Source: the human T2T-CHM13v2.0 reference genome, Homo sapiens
Strand: one strand, 5' to 3'
Length of the DNA stretch: 64,000 nucleotides
NCBI RefSeq assembly: GCF_009914755.1
Contig: NC_060927.1
Below are positions 13,571-30,034 of the stretch, piece by piece. A program made the position numbers and the translations under genes. Below the pieces are notes generated by a model. That model saw only the letters and a program-made list of their open reading frames with translations. It was not told the DNA's origin and searched no databases. Each line of letters begins with the position of its first letter. Position 1 is the stretch's first letter.

Positions 13571-16004
13571 TCAAGAGGACCTGGATGTGACCAGGATGGA
13601 CTACCACGGCGTGGCACCGCCAGGCCTTCGCACTTGCTGGTTCACCTCCCTAGGGTGTCACAGGCCCGAGCTTCATGGGGTTGGCTGCTTCGCAGGCTGA
13701 AGTGTCTGCTTCAACAGCACCACCTTCTCAGAGAGGCCTTCTGTGAATGTTTATCATAGCCCTCTATTTATTTCCTTCATAGCATCAGAGTAGGGAGTTA
13801 TTTAATCCCCTTTTCATTGTTTATCATCTGCCTCTGAACTAAAATAGAAGTTCCTGCGGGCGGTGGCCTGGCCTGTTACACTGTGAGAAGTGGTTAACAC
13901 ATGGCCTCCAGGCCAGAACACTCCTTACTGAATGGCCTAAGGCAAGGGACTCAACCTTGTGCCTCAGTTCCTGCATCTGCGAGACTGGGATAAGCCTAGT
14001 TCCCATCTCATGGGGCTGCTGTGAGGCTCACAGGAGACAGCCTGGTGGACACGGGCACACAGGAAGTACTCAGCAACACACTCGTCATCCCAAGGCTAAC
14101 TCAGCCATGAAAAACACATCCTATTCCAGGTGTCCTCCTATCAGCAGGACCATGTCCCTCGGTTCCTTGAACACAGCTGAGGGAGGCACCTGGCTGGGGA
14201 GCAAGAGCGCTCCCTGCTGGAGGCTGCTGGCCATGCATGACGGTGTGCTTCCAGGGCCACTTCCAGGATGGCTGGCTTGGGTGTCACAAGAGAACTGGGG
14301 AGTGTGTGGCCAGTGGTCACCTGAGGCCACAGAAAAACCACCGTATCCACACAAGATGAACACTCCATATGCCCTGGACACCATCCCTGTCTGTCAGGAC
14401 GCAGCTGTGAGCCTCGTTCTTCAGGAGGCTCCTCACCACTGTCTGAGCAGCTCCACTGTTTCCTCTCCCAGATGGATGGCGTCTAGGGTCGTGCACATAT
14501 CACCTTAGAAACAGAATGTTAGCACACACACACCCTTGTTTACAGGGTCTTCATGTCACTGCAAATCTAACTGCTGAATAAATTCCTAACAGTAGAGTGG
14601 CTATCATGAATGCAAATAGACAATGCCAATGTCACTCTGAAAAAGCTCAGAGTAGATATTAAACAGGAAGCCTGGGAGCTGATGGCAGCGCTGCTGGACC
14701 TACTTTCCACCAGGCTGCCTCTCCTACTATGTCATTTGATTCTACCATGACTCTATTTACTGTGTGAAGTTACCAGTTTCCCTGTCTTCTAAGCAATAAG
14801 CCAGGCTTCACGCTCAGGGAAGGCTCAGGAGTCACTTTTGCCTTCCTCCTCCCTCGTCTGCTAGAGCAGGACTGGTGCTGGTGTGGGAAGATGCCTGCTG
14901 TCTCTAACCCAGGCTGTGGTCAAAGAGCCTCCAACTACCCTCTGCCTTACTGGAAGAGACTCAACCAAAATTGGTAGATTTGGCTGAGACCAGGACTCGT
15001 ATAGGCCAATAGGACTTTTCTAGGCTGAGCAGCCAGAACTAAGAGACTGGGCAGTAGTGGAATAAACATTCTCGGCCATCCATCAGGTCAACAGTGGCAC
15101 AGAACAGCCACCCTTTCCTCCTTTCCTCATCAGGGGCTGTGGTTCTCTGGACAAGAGGACCATGCGGACACTGGAGAAAGACTGCTGATGGTTAGACTCT
15201 TCAGTGCTCCTGGCCTCCCCAGTGCCAGGGTCTGGACTAGGCCCCAGAAGCAGGGTGCCTGCCAGGAGACAGGTCATTGGTGGTTAGCAGTCAGGGCACA
15301 AGGCACCAGGGCTGACAGGCTGAAGCCTCAGAGCAGAGGGTGACAAGGTGGGATAGGACCTCTTCACAATGTCCTCTCTCTGCAGCCAAAAATACTGAAA
15401 ATGCTGACCCCTCAAACAGTGTCCAAGGGGGCTGGGAGCAAAGAGCAGCAGATGACAGAGCAGAGGCTCCCAGGGCAGGAGAATGACTCTGAAGTGAGAC
15501 AGGCCCCAGTACCTGCCCCAGCTCTAGCATCTGCTGGGACTTAGTTTCCTCATCTACCGCACGGGGAGATCAGAGGGCCTCATCTCCCACATGGAGATGT
15601 CACGAGAATTAAATGAGGTATGAAGCTCTTGTCACATTGGCCATATTCCCAGGCCTAAAGTAAGATCATATTAATAATAATCATTATCTATTTATTTGGA
15701 ATCAGGAAAATAACTAAAAAACCAACTTTTCACGACAACCATAGCCCAGCCTCCTTCCACTAAGCGCTAGCCTGAGCAGTGAGGATTCTGAGATGCAGCC
15801 ATGAGGTCGGCACCTGCAGGAGGCCCATTCTGGAGTGGCAAGGCCCCTGGATCTGGGCAACCCCACCCCAAGCGCCATCAGGGCCTTTTTAGTCGCTGAA
15901 AGCCACCAAGGAAGCTGGCGAAACCCAGCCCATCCCCCAAACACCCTGTTTGGTTCTGAGCAGAAATCAGCTCAGATTCCCTTCTTCACCATTCCATTCG
16001 ACTA

Positions 16005-16121
<117 letters not shown>

Positions 16122-17485
16122 TCATTCTCCATTCTAAATGCACAGGAAGAAAACGAGACGTTCTTGAATGAAAGCAGCAGCAGGATAAAGGACCGAGAGC
16201 CCACTCAGCCCACAGTCCTCCGTAACCTGTAGCCCAGGAGCCTGCCTGCAGCCAGGTGCAAGCACCACCGCTCAGGCTTCTGTTCCTGAGCACTACAACA
16301 GGGACAAGTCCAGGCTATGAGAATGTGGGTGACAGAGATGAGTGAATGGGACAGTCTGCACTGGCAGCCCTCCAGGGCTGGCCTCATTGTCCCCACTTTC
16401 CCAGTAAGAAACCACAGGTCAGAGAGATGCACTGAGTCACCCCAGCCACAGCACTGAGACCAGAACTTGGTCCCTTTGACCCAGACCAACCCTAACACCC
16501 AACATCTCCCCAACACTGCACAGTTGCTGACCAGAGAAATAGGGATCTCCAAGGAAGAGCCAATGGCTCAAGCAGACAGGGCATAGTTCAAGGCACAGGT
16601 GACAGGAAGGAGGTTTCCAAAGGTGCTTGGGCAGCAGAGCAATGTGACACGTCTCTCTAATGTGCATTCACTTTTCTTATGTTCAGGCCATGGGTAGTGA
16701 TGTGCCCACTCTGGCTTCCCAGATGTTGAAGGTCTGCGTGACCATCTGAAGGGGAATGCCAGGCACACGCCAGGCCGCACTCCAAGGGCTGGAGAGCAGT
16801 CCAGGGCGGGGGAGATGGGGGATGCATGATCTCCTAGCAAAGGAGGGTTCTTCCCCACATACCTAAAATCCATCCCAGAAAGGTGCTCAGAGTAAGGATC
16901 TGTTTAGCTACGACACCATGACCACAGCCACCACCATCTCTTCCTCCCAGTCGAACTTTTACTGTGGCCAGTACCTGGTATTCCCAAGCAAAATCAGATA
17001 AAAGAGGTTCTCTCCTAGAAGACAGCACAGCCACTGTCACCAAGTCCACCTCAGTCCCCCCAGACCAGTGCAGGGAGCGGCAAGAGCCCCAACTGCCCAT
17101 GAGATGGGCTCTGGCAGCACATCTACAGCTGACTCATCAATGAGAGGAACATTGGGAGGCGCCTTCCACTTAATGCCAGAAAAGACCAGCCAAGTTCTGG
17201 GAGGGAAAAGGGACCTCGAGGCCATGGAGGAAGGCAGCTTTTGTCTCCCAGAGAGACAGGCAGGTTGAGAGGTGCCATTCAGCCTCAGACACACTGGACA
17301 GCAGGGAGTATGCCCACCCATGCTTCCAGAGTCCACCTTCGGCTCTTCCTCTCAGAGGTGCTCATAACACCTCTGACGAAAAAAGCAAGTACAACACTGG
17401 TGAACACCGAGCACTCAGGCGCTCAGAGCACAGCACCTGCATTTACCCACTGAATCCTGAAAGGACAGTCTGTGCGGTGACCCTT

Positions 17486-17866
17486 TGCCTTAGTCCACTT
17501 CTGTTGCTATAATGGAATATCTGAGACTAAGTAATTCATAATGAGCAGAAATGTATTGGCTCACAGTTCCAGAGGCTGGGAAGTCCAAGATCGGGGGCCA
17601 GCATCTGGCAAGGGCCTTCTTGCTGAGTCATCCCACGGCAGAAGGGCAAAGAGAGGGTGACAAAGAAAAGCGGGCCAAAGTCATCCTTTTATAAGAAACC
17701 CACCCCATGGTAACAAACCCACTCCTGCAAGAATGGCATTAATTCATATATATGGGCATGGCCTCAGGACCCAAACATCTCCCATTATGCCCCACCTCCC
17801 AACAACCCACACTGGGGATCAAGTTTCTAATACATGAACTTTGGGGAACACATTCTAATCACACTA
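17486..17866 (-). mobile_element. MaLR solo LTR (MST-type)
   Basis: ttagtcc...ggctcacagttccagaggctgggaagtccaagatc...catgaactttgggg. Confidence 0.8.
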
Positions 17867-18298
17867 CCCTTCCTAAGGGTGCCATGTCCAAGTGCAGGGA
17901 ACAAAGCCTGAGAGGACACAAAGACAAAGCCTCTGGCCTACACTTGCCCTCCTGCCTTCTTCACACAGGTAGAGCTGCAAGGGCCCAGGAATGCCCCACT
18001 CCCAGCAGCCCTGGGAATCCTAAGCCACCATTAACCAGGATAATATAGATCCACTTTTACTAACAGAGAAACAATGCCCAATAACATCAGTGAGGGTGAA
18101 ATCCCAAGTGTAAGACATCACGGGCTGTGTGGCCCCTGCTCATGCAGGGCCTGACTGCAGGATGAGGGCAGGGCATCCATCACTCAGATACCCTTTCAGG
18201 TGGACAGTCACCAAGGGGTTAACAGAGGGGTGTGAGGTAATTTCAGGTAACTTTTACTTGATTCTTAGAAATTTTTCATTTTTCCGTTACTTTGAACC

Positions 18299-18899
<601 letters not shown>

Positions 18900-19901
18900 T
18901 ACTTTGAATTTTTTAATAATGAATATATGGCATTGCTACACTAATACGAACACCAAACAACAAAACTACTTTCATTGTGAGGAAAAACAAAGAGGAAACA
19001 GAGAAAAGAGAAGGAAACCAGTACATGGAATGTCAAAAAAGATGGGCCTTTTGCCTGCCCAGAGCTCACTGAGTGATGGCAGGTTTCCAAGAAGTCACAG
19101 CAACTAAGGGAAAAATACTTGCAGGTCACTCTCCTTTCATGTCATGACTCAACCACCAGAGGCCAAGTTGGGAAAAGGTGGTGGAGTCAGAGCAGCAGCA
19201 ACAGCAGCAGAACCAACAAAACACTCAGCTCAGCAGGGGTCAGGACCAGAGCGCAGGCACTGGGAGCCCTGCAGATAAGAAGTGCTAGCGCTCCTTTACG
19301 AGACCAAACCCCAGGAAGTTCCAGGGATGAAGCGAGTGATAAGCTGTGTGGATCTGCAGTCCTCCCTAACAGTGCCTGTTTACCAAGAGGACCACGCAGC
19401 CCCTGCTCCAGGTACCTTCCACGAAGGCTCCTGTTCTTCTGCCTAGCAGCCCAGGGCACTCAGAGGACAGCACAGAGAACACCTGGGCTCTGCTGTGGGC
19501 CAAAGCCAACATGTACTGTAGAAGAGACTGTCCACTGCTGACATGCTTCAGGGCCTAGCCTTGGAGGCCCCAGATTACTTCGGCCCCTGCTAACTTTCCA
19601 GGCTCTCTCCTCCCTGCCCTAGTGCTCCTCAAACACCATGATCTAGACAGAAAAGGTCCTCTCTTTCTCTATATTCTTTCTGCTGTCACCTGCATTGAGT
19701 TCTTAATTCAGGTATTTTCAATTTTTTTGGTTTTATATAAATCAATTTAAGGCTACAAATTTGCCTCTGATGACACCTTCAATAGATCCTGGAAGTTTCC
19801 AGTATGCAACATTTTCAGTCATTCACTTCCAAATGTTTAGTTTCCACTGTGATTTCCCCTTCAGCCCATTGGTTGTTTGAGAGTGCATTCTAGAATTTCC
19901 A

Positions 19902-20286
<385 letters not shown>

Positions 20287-23200
20287 CTACCCTCATGATG
20301 GCTTATTCCTTTTATTTAATCAATCACTCTTCATGCATCAGGGTATCCACTTGGGGCAGGGATATTGCCAAGTCCATCCTCTCCAAAGGCAAGACCTGTC
20401 TCTGGGTGTCTCTGCACACCCCTGAGGATTCCTCTGAGCAGCGGCTCCTGGCTGGGCCTTCAGCAGTGTGGATGCCGGCCTGCCCCCAGCTACCAGAGGT
20501 ACCCACCTGTGGGAAGCCCTGGTCTCCCTCTGACTCCAGGCCAGGTCCATTAGCAGGGATGCCTCACAGGCTCAATAAGGGCCTCCCTCCCTCCCTTGAA
20601 AGACCAGGCAGAATCTTCAGGGAGATGGTCCTGCTTAACCAGTCATGAACCCAGACACAGCCTGGCCTCCCTGCTACTCTACCTGCTAACCGGGCCATAT
20701 CTGGCCCTGGAGCTTGGCTGGATCCACACCCAGTCATTTTACCACACATCATCTTCTGTTGCCAATTTCCAGACCTAAAAAGGACCCACATTGCCTGGTT
20801 TCTTCAAACAACAAAGTATCAACAGAGAAAGATTTTTTTTTAAGGCAAAACAAGGGAGCCCATGGTGATTAGATTTCACAGTCGTGCTGGCTCTCGCTCT
20901 GCTGCTCCGGCAGCTCACACTGACCTCGCTGCTCTCCTCATCCTCCTCACCTTCTCCCGCCTGACTCTCAGAGGCCCCTGTATGCCTGAACTCTGACTGC
21001 ATGCCCACAACAGCTATGCTGGCAAACCCACCACCACCTCTCACGCGTTGCAAAATATTTTGTGTTGACTCTCATATGCACAGTCTTCCAGTGAACAAAT
21101 AGGATTGTCACACCACATGCCCCTCAGTCAGAGGGAAAAGCAGAGTGGCCATCACACAGAGAATGGGACTGAGGAGGCCCAACAGGCCTCTGGGGTGAGT
21201 GCTGTGGTCTCCAGCCCCTGTGCTCAGACAGAGAGACAACAATCCAACCCACTGGGATGCTTCTTCCAGAGCCCCACCAGGAGGCTCCTGCACTCACTTA
21301 CCAGGGTCTGCTGTGAACTGGGCTCTCATGGCTGAGTGGGGCCCATAGGAGGCCATCATAACTCCACAGACGGGGAGTGACCTCCTGACCCTGGCCGAAG
21401 ACACCTGCTCCCAGCCCTCAACTCTGGGCTGCTGGCAGGGGACAGAGGGCCAGGCCAACTTCTTAGTTTCTTAGTGTGAAATAAATGAGCCGTTCTCTCT
21501 CTGCATGTCCTCTCACCTCTCACAGGAGGTGCCCGACCACCCAAGCCAGGTGTGACCCTCCTGAGCATCAAAACAGTCCTCCAAAATGCCTAGACAGGAG
21601 CTACAGAGCTCTCACAGAAACAAGGGAGGGGTGGCCCACTCCCAGAGCTGCCCTCCACCTGGGGTGGACAGAGGGATGGCCCACTGGCCCAGCCACTGTC
21701 ACACAGTCGCCTCCCCTGCTTGAAGGTGCATCCCCTTTGCTGCTGCTATCCCAACCTCAACCTAGGGCCCAGCATGGCGCAAGCACCCCATAAGCATCAG
21801 TGGGTCTCCTACTCTGAGCCTGCAAGTTCCCACCAACTAAGTCTCAAAGCATAGCCCTGAGCACAGACAGCAGCGCCTGTGCAGGTCTGGGTCCAGGGCA
21901 GGGGCTGCTCACCCACACGGGGTCGGGGGGAGGGTGGCGGGGGCGCATGGCACCGTGTGCAGCTCAGTCACTCTACAGCGACATGCACACCAACTGCACA
22001 GCCACAAATACCAGATTTAACTCCCCACCCACAACCCGCCCACCATCCTCTCCCAAATAGCTCTAGAGAACTTAAACCAAGTAAGTGTGGCTCAAGATTA
22101 TGTTTCAGAAAATACAGAAAGATAAATCTGTATTTCTAGCACACTGCCCCCCACGCTTGCCACACATGGGGCTGTGAGGGCCTCACACGGGGCCTGAGGC
22201 TCTGAACAACCGTGGTAGTTGGTAGGGAAGCCCTTCCCTCTCCTGACCAGTGTTCCCTTCTATAAAATGAGGGGGTGAGATGGGATCATGAGCCTCCATT
22301 GCAGCTCTGACAACCCAAGTCTGTATGACATCCAGTGAGAGGCAGGGACTCCCTTTCCTCCTGCTTAACGTCACAGTTGTGTCACACCCCCTGACCAAGA
22401 CTTTCCAGAGCCTCAAATAGGGCACTGGCACCAGTGCCACCACGCGGGTCTCCTGATCCACCAGCCATCCTCCAGGAGTCAGGCCCTTGAGATGACTGGA
22501 AGGACAGGCCTGACAAAGGGCAGTGCACATGGACATGTACACCAAGGCACCCGGCAAAGCAAACCCACGAGGGCAGCTGGTGGGGACACGAGTCTGGGTC
22601 GGGGAGTCTCCCCAGCCCCCAACCAGGGGACAGATTCCATGAGCTGTGTGACAAGAGAAGCCAAAGCAAAATGTTCTGGGGGAGACAACAACCCTAAGCA
22701 AAAGTAAAAGGCAGATGAACCCCTGAGAGATTCCGAAGGTGCACAGGAGAGGAAACGCGCGCCTCCAACCCTGGGGCAGAGGCCACAGCCCCATGCCAGA
22801 AATGGGGTGGCTAAGGCACCAGACACCCCCATGGACCCGTTTTTCTAACAAATGGACTGCCCACCCACTCAGCATCACCAGGACCATGTCCACAACAGAA
22901 ACTTCTAATGCCCTTTTAAAGAGCTCTCACCTAAAACGGCATGACATCATTTTCCATGAGCTCAAGTGGAAAGGGATTAATATCTATGAGGACCTACTGT
23001 GTCCGGTGCTGGGAAATTTAGACACATCCTCTCCCACCATGAGGCAGACAATGGGATGTCAGTCTCACAGATAAGAAAAGAGACTCAGCAAAGTCAAGGT
23101 CTTGCCCAATGTCACATAAAAAGAGGCAACACTGGAATCATCTGACCCAGTGCCCAAGCCCATTCCTCCTCCCCTCCTGAAGCTCAGGCTGTTTCAGATG

Positions 23201-23365
23201 AACAAGATGGGAGAGGACCCATGGTTTTTCAAAACCAGAAATGGGTGGGTACAAACTGTTTGTTCCTAAAAATACTGGGGTTTTCCTGAGAAAGCTAAGT
23301 ATCATCCCCCACCAGACAAGGCTGTGTAACCTCCCCAGCTGAACATATCCCAGCACTTGGCCTCA

Positions 23366-24314
<949 letters not shown>

Positions 24315-25039
24315 AACCCCTTACTCTCACAAAATGAGCCTGCGCAAACAAAAGGCCTCTCAAATGGGCCGATGTGTGCCACTCATGTGCCAGAGAGCTA
24401 CCAAACCACCCGCACGCTGACTCCTGGCTGATAACCTGCCCTCAACACCAGCACACAGGTCCAGCCCAGGAGACCCAGGGCTACACTGGGTGATACTCAT
24501 CTTAGCTGGCACTTGGCAAGTCCCTCTGTCCTGGCGCTCCTTGTACCTTAGGAGACAACTGAAAGGTAAATCAGGGTGAGTTTGGCCTCAACTCAGACAA
24601 TAGAGTTGCAGCCCAACAGCACTGCACCCTGACCCTCCTTTTTCTACCCCAAACCTCCCCCACGGTTTCCCCAGAGGGCTTGCTGGGGCCCTTCTCCTGG
24701 CACCCGCAGAGCCCCCATGCCCAGGTCAAGGTCTGCCTCATCCCACAGCAGCTCCCTGTGGCTGACCTCACTGCTGCTCACCCCCAGCCTGCACTGTCCA
24801 CTTCTCAGATGCAGAAATGGAAGCTGTCCCACTGGCCCTAAGATGCAGTAGCCCTCTCTCTCGCAGCTCTCCCAAGCCATCTCTGAGGACACAGCAGGTC
24901 CCCTGCGTCCAAACCAAAGTTTCATGGGGCTCCCTTCTGTTGGATCAGAATGGGGTCATGTAGCAGCAAGATGGGGACACAAGCCGACATAAGCCTGCTG
25001 GTACCCTACCTAGACCTGTGAGCTAAACACAAGAGTGAC

Positions 25040-25579
<540 letters not shown>

Positions 25580-26231
25580 TTAAAAGTCACATGTACATGT
25601 GATAGAAACTGCATAGACACAGGTACTTGTCCCAGCTCTGGCACACTAGAAGTCATAAGACCCCCTACTAATCCAGACTGCTCTCATTTTCACCACCTGG
25701 ACTCAAAAAAAAAAAAAAAAAAATGCTTTCCAATCTGCCATCCTCCTTATCCATAGGACAGAAGCCCCAGGCACCCAAGACCCACTCAGGAGCCCCAGGC
25801 TGCTCAGCCACACAATTCAGGAAGTGGCTGATAGCAGCTGCGCTCCATCAGGCCCTTGGCCACCAGGACCCCACCACATCGCCACCTCCCAGAACAGAAT
25901 GTGAAAGATGAAGTCACCAAAGAACCAGCTGCACATCTTCCTCGAAGGTCTGAGTGAGTGGGAGCCCATGAGGACTCTATACCCGCTGCAGAGTGCCCAG
26001 GCAGAACCCAGCCCCTTTGTCAGCAGGCCCCTGTGATGTGGCCTCCAGCCAGGCCCTCATCAGTAATGAACATCCTCGGAACCAGTTGGGTGACAACACA
26101 GGCCCAGCCCCTACGGATTTCTACCCCCAGCTGGAGCAAAGCCACCTCTGATCCTAGCCACAGATCTCCATAAGCACTAGGTATTCTGTCCAGCCAGTGG
26201 ACCCCGTATCTTAACCAAATGCCCAAATTAA

Positions 26232-26459
<228 letters not shown>

Positions 26460-28884
26460 TAGCTGATTCTGAATCACTCCAAATCCAGGGGCAGAGCTAA
26501 GCATGACAAGGAGCCACAGCAAACGCTGGCAGACCTGGGTCCCAGGGGTGCCAGGCTGTGGTATGGAGGTGAGCTGGTCTTTGCTGGAAGTAAGTAAGGC
26601 CTTCTCCTGGGCATCCCTGCCCCATACGTACTCACACACTCACACCCCTACCTCAGCCCTCAGCCTGGCTCTTCAATCATGCTGCTGCACATCATTAGTA
26701 AGGACCCCAAAAGAAAGCCCTCTCAAGGCAGCAACCCCACAGTGCAGGTGGGAGGGGCGCAGGAATCAGGCCAGGTTTGTCCACATCGGGACCTTTCAAC
26801 CCAGGCCAGCTGTAGAACCCGGTATTGACTTGCCACCACCAGTTGGAGTGCATGGTTGGTCTCACCATGGGTCTTAAAGAGGAGGGATGGGAGAGAATCA
26901 GCCTCTAGAAAGGAGCAAGGATTAAAGTAAGTGCAGAGGTGGGGAAAGAGGGTGACCCTGGGCAATTTGTCTTCCTGAATCAGTTTGCAGAACCCTGAGC
27001 AAGCCAGGCCCAGGGGTTCCTACACCTGGATACCTGGAGTACCCCACAGAGGGGCTGGGTGTCGTCGGTATCCCAGGACAAAGAACCCTTAAAACTTGTG
27101 GTAAATCAATCCTAAGTTCCTGTATTTGATAGGGAGTTTAGGGGGCTGGGAGAAGAAAATAATTTGAGCCTCACACGCTGACTCCCACCTTCATCTGAGC
27201 TGTACCCTGGGAGATGGGCAGGGCCTACCCACCTTCACCTGCCCTCCAAGTACTCTCTAAGACTCAGTCTACCTCTCAGCCAGCCTAACTCGTCTCATGC
27301 TGCCTTCAGCTCTGTCAGCCTCCCTGTGGAGTCCCCCTCTTCCCAGGCCAGGAAGCCCAGGAAGTAGAGCTATAACATCCATTTCCTATCCCTGGTGCCC
27401 AGCCCCGTGAGCTAGAGAGCCGATGATGAATGAACAAACAGACAGATGGCAAAATGAACAGAGGTCGTTGGTTCGTTTCTCTTCTTCTCCTTTCCTCTGG
27501 GCATTGTGAGCCTGGTGCCCTGAAGAAGAAATGACCCAGCCCTATCCACACCCCAAACCATCAGCTGTCCCTTGGCCTGGTTCCCATATCTCTAGATTTA
27601 ATAGCAGACAAGTGACCACACAAGGCAATGCGCCATGGTCCTTGCTTCACTTCCCGGAGAGAACAATGTCAATAGCTTTCGTTTATGTGCCAGATGCGAT
27701 GCCAGAACACCGGGAATGACATTTTAGATCCCACATTCAAGTGTTTTCAGGCTAAGCGTGAGTTAGCTGTTTAAAGAACACTCACAAAAAGAGGTGATCA
27801 CTTGATAGGCATCTGTTTCAAACTGTTTCTGAGTTTTGTTTTGTTTTTTTTAGGGGAGCAGGAGCGGTAGCAGCATTCACATGATTTTCAAATGCCCTCC
27901 TGGGCATAAGATCCCAAACGGTTACACATGAATCTGTATAACTTGCTTGTCCAGGGGCTTGGCTTGTGAACAGGCTTACACCAGGGCCAGCAGCCACCCC
28001 CTCTGGATGTGCTGGCCCAGGGAGAACAGGCCCACTAGTCCTGCACACTGGATATGTCTCTGACAGGGAAGGCAAGGGGTCACAACAAGGCTGGGGGCAG
28101 CAAGCAGCCTCCAGACCTTGAGGAAGTAGAAGAAAAGGCCTATGTCCCCATCCCCTAGTCATAGCCAAATGGCCCCCAGGTACCCTAACTCAGATGGCAG
28201 TGGAAACCCAAACAACAGCTCAGAAAACACCAGGCTAGACACCTCAGACTTAGCTGATAGTCCAAGACACATAAGCACCCCCAGGGCCTCCCTCAGCATG
28301 GCAGGCAGATTAGAGACAGACTTGAATTCAATGGACTCCAGACCTCCCATCTCAAGTGGGCATGGTGACTACGCCCCAACAGGAGACATTCTGACGACCG
28401 CTCTGATCAGGAGGGCTCGGACACTACTTCCTAGTGGAAGTACTAGATGTGAAAGGCCCGGACCCAGGCCAGTTCCTGGGGAGAACTGCATGTGGCCTAC
28501 TTCCCACAGCCGGCCCCCAGGGACCCAGCCCACCCAGGGAGACCAGGGAACCGGCTGCTTTGAAGCTCATTCAGAAAGGAGGCCTTTGCTTCCTTGATTC
28601 CATTCCAGGAATTCTCAAACGACAAACATGAAGAAGACTTCCCTTCTTTGTCCCAGCCTCTGCAAGACACCTGAGGTTGCCTCAGTCTCTAGACACACTG
28701 ATGTCTGCCAGTCCGAGGGCCTCCAGGAAACCCTGATGTCAACTCAGAGCATGGGTTCCAAGGCTCAACTCAACCTCTGGACCAAGGGATGGCTGAGGCC
28801 ATTAGGGGACAGATTCCATTCAGGCCCCTAAGGGGCGGCTTGCTAACCATGCCCAGATGCAGCCCCCAACCCTTGCCCAATTCA

Positions 28885-29295
<411 letters not shown>

Positions 29296-29748
29296 TCAGC
29301 ACAGGCCTGATGGGGCTGGGTCAGGATGGTCATTGCTCAGAAGAGCTGTGGGGAACCCAACAAGGATTTCCCAGGAGAGGGGCACAATCGAAGAACAGGA
29401 AAAGGCCTGTTCAGAGCCAAGGGCAGGCAGTGGAAGACAGGCGGACAGAAACAGATGCAAAAACCAGAGGCAGCAGACGATTCCTCCATCCTCTCCCACA
29501 GCACCAAGCGGTCAAGCTGGAGCAGAATAGAGTACTCAAACATACAAACATAGCCTTTGGTCTGCCCGATATACTCTTTCTTTAAAGAAACCAATGGAAA
29601 ACAAAACCCTTCAAATGTCAATACAATGCCACTGCCACACAGGAAGGACGTGTGTGGGGGCAGACGAGCAGAAAGCTAAGACACTCTTAGGAAGCAGTCA
29701 GGCCTGCATTCGGACCCCAAGCCTCCTGCCTGGGCTCACCCCATGACG

Positions 29749-30034
29749 TTTTTTGAGAGACAGAGTCTCACTCTGTCGCCCAGACTGGAGTGCAGTGGTG
29801 CGACCTCAGCTCACTGCAGCCTCCGTCTCCTGGGTTCAAGAGATTCTCCTGCCTCAGCCTCCTGAGTAGCTGAGACTACAGGTGTGCCACTACGTCCAGC
29901 TGATTTTTGTATTTTTAGTAGAGATGGGGTTTCACCATGTTAACCAGGCTGGTCTCAAACTCCTGACCTCAGATGATCCACCTGCCTCGGCCTCTCAAGG
30001 TGTTGAGATTACAGCCGTGAGCCACCACATCCAT
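29749..30034 (-). mobile_element. AluS
   Basis: Alu consensus on minus strand, followed by a MIR remnant (gagcctcagtttctccatctgta). Confidence 0.9.

Noticed and set aside
20880-21053. Acidic coding-like stretch (GEGEEDEESSE) with a possible AAG/GTGAGG donor
   Set aside because: No convincing polypyrimidine tract or acceptor and no recognisable homology
22183-22893. 236-aa minus-strand ORF in intron 7
   Set aside because: No recognisable domain or exon signals; composition typical of a chance ORF in GC-rich DNA
28425-28442. Inverted ETS-like repeat TACTTCC-tagt-GGAAGTA
   Set aside because: 7-bp arms are expected by chance in 64 kb; no supporting context
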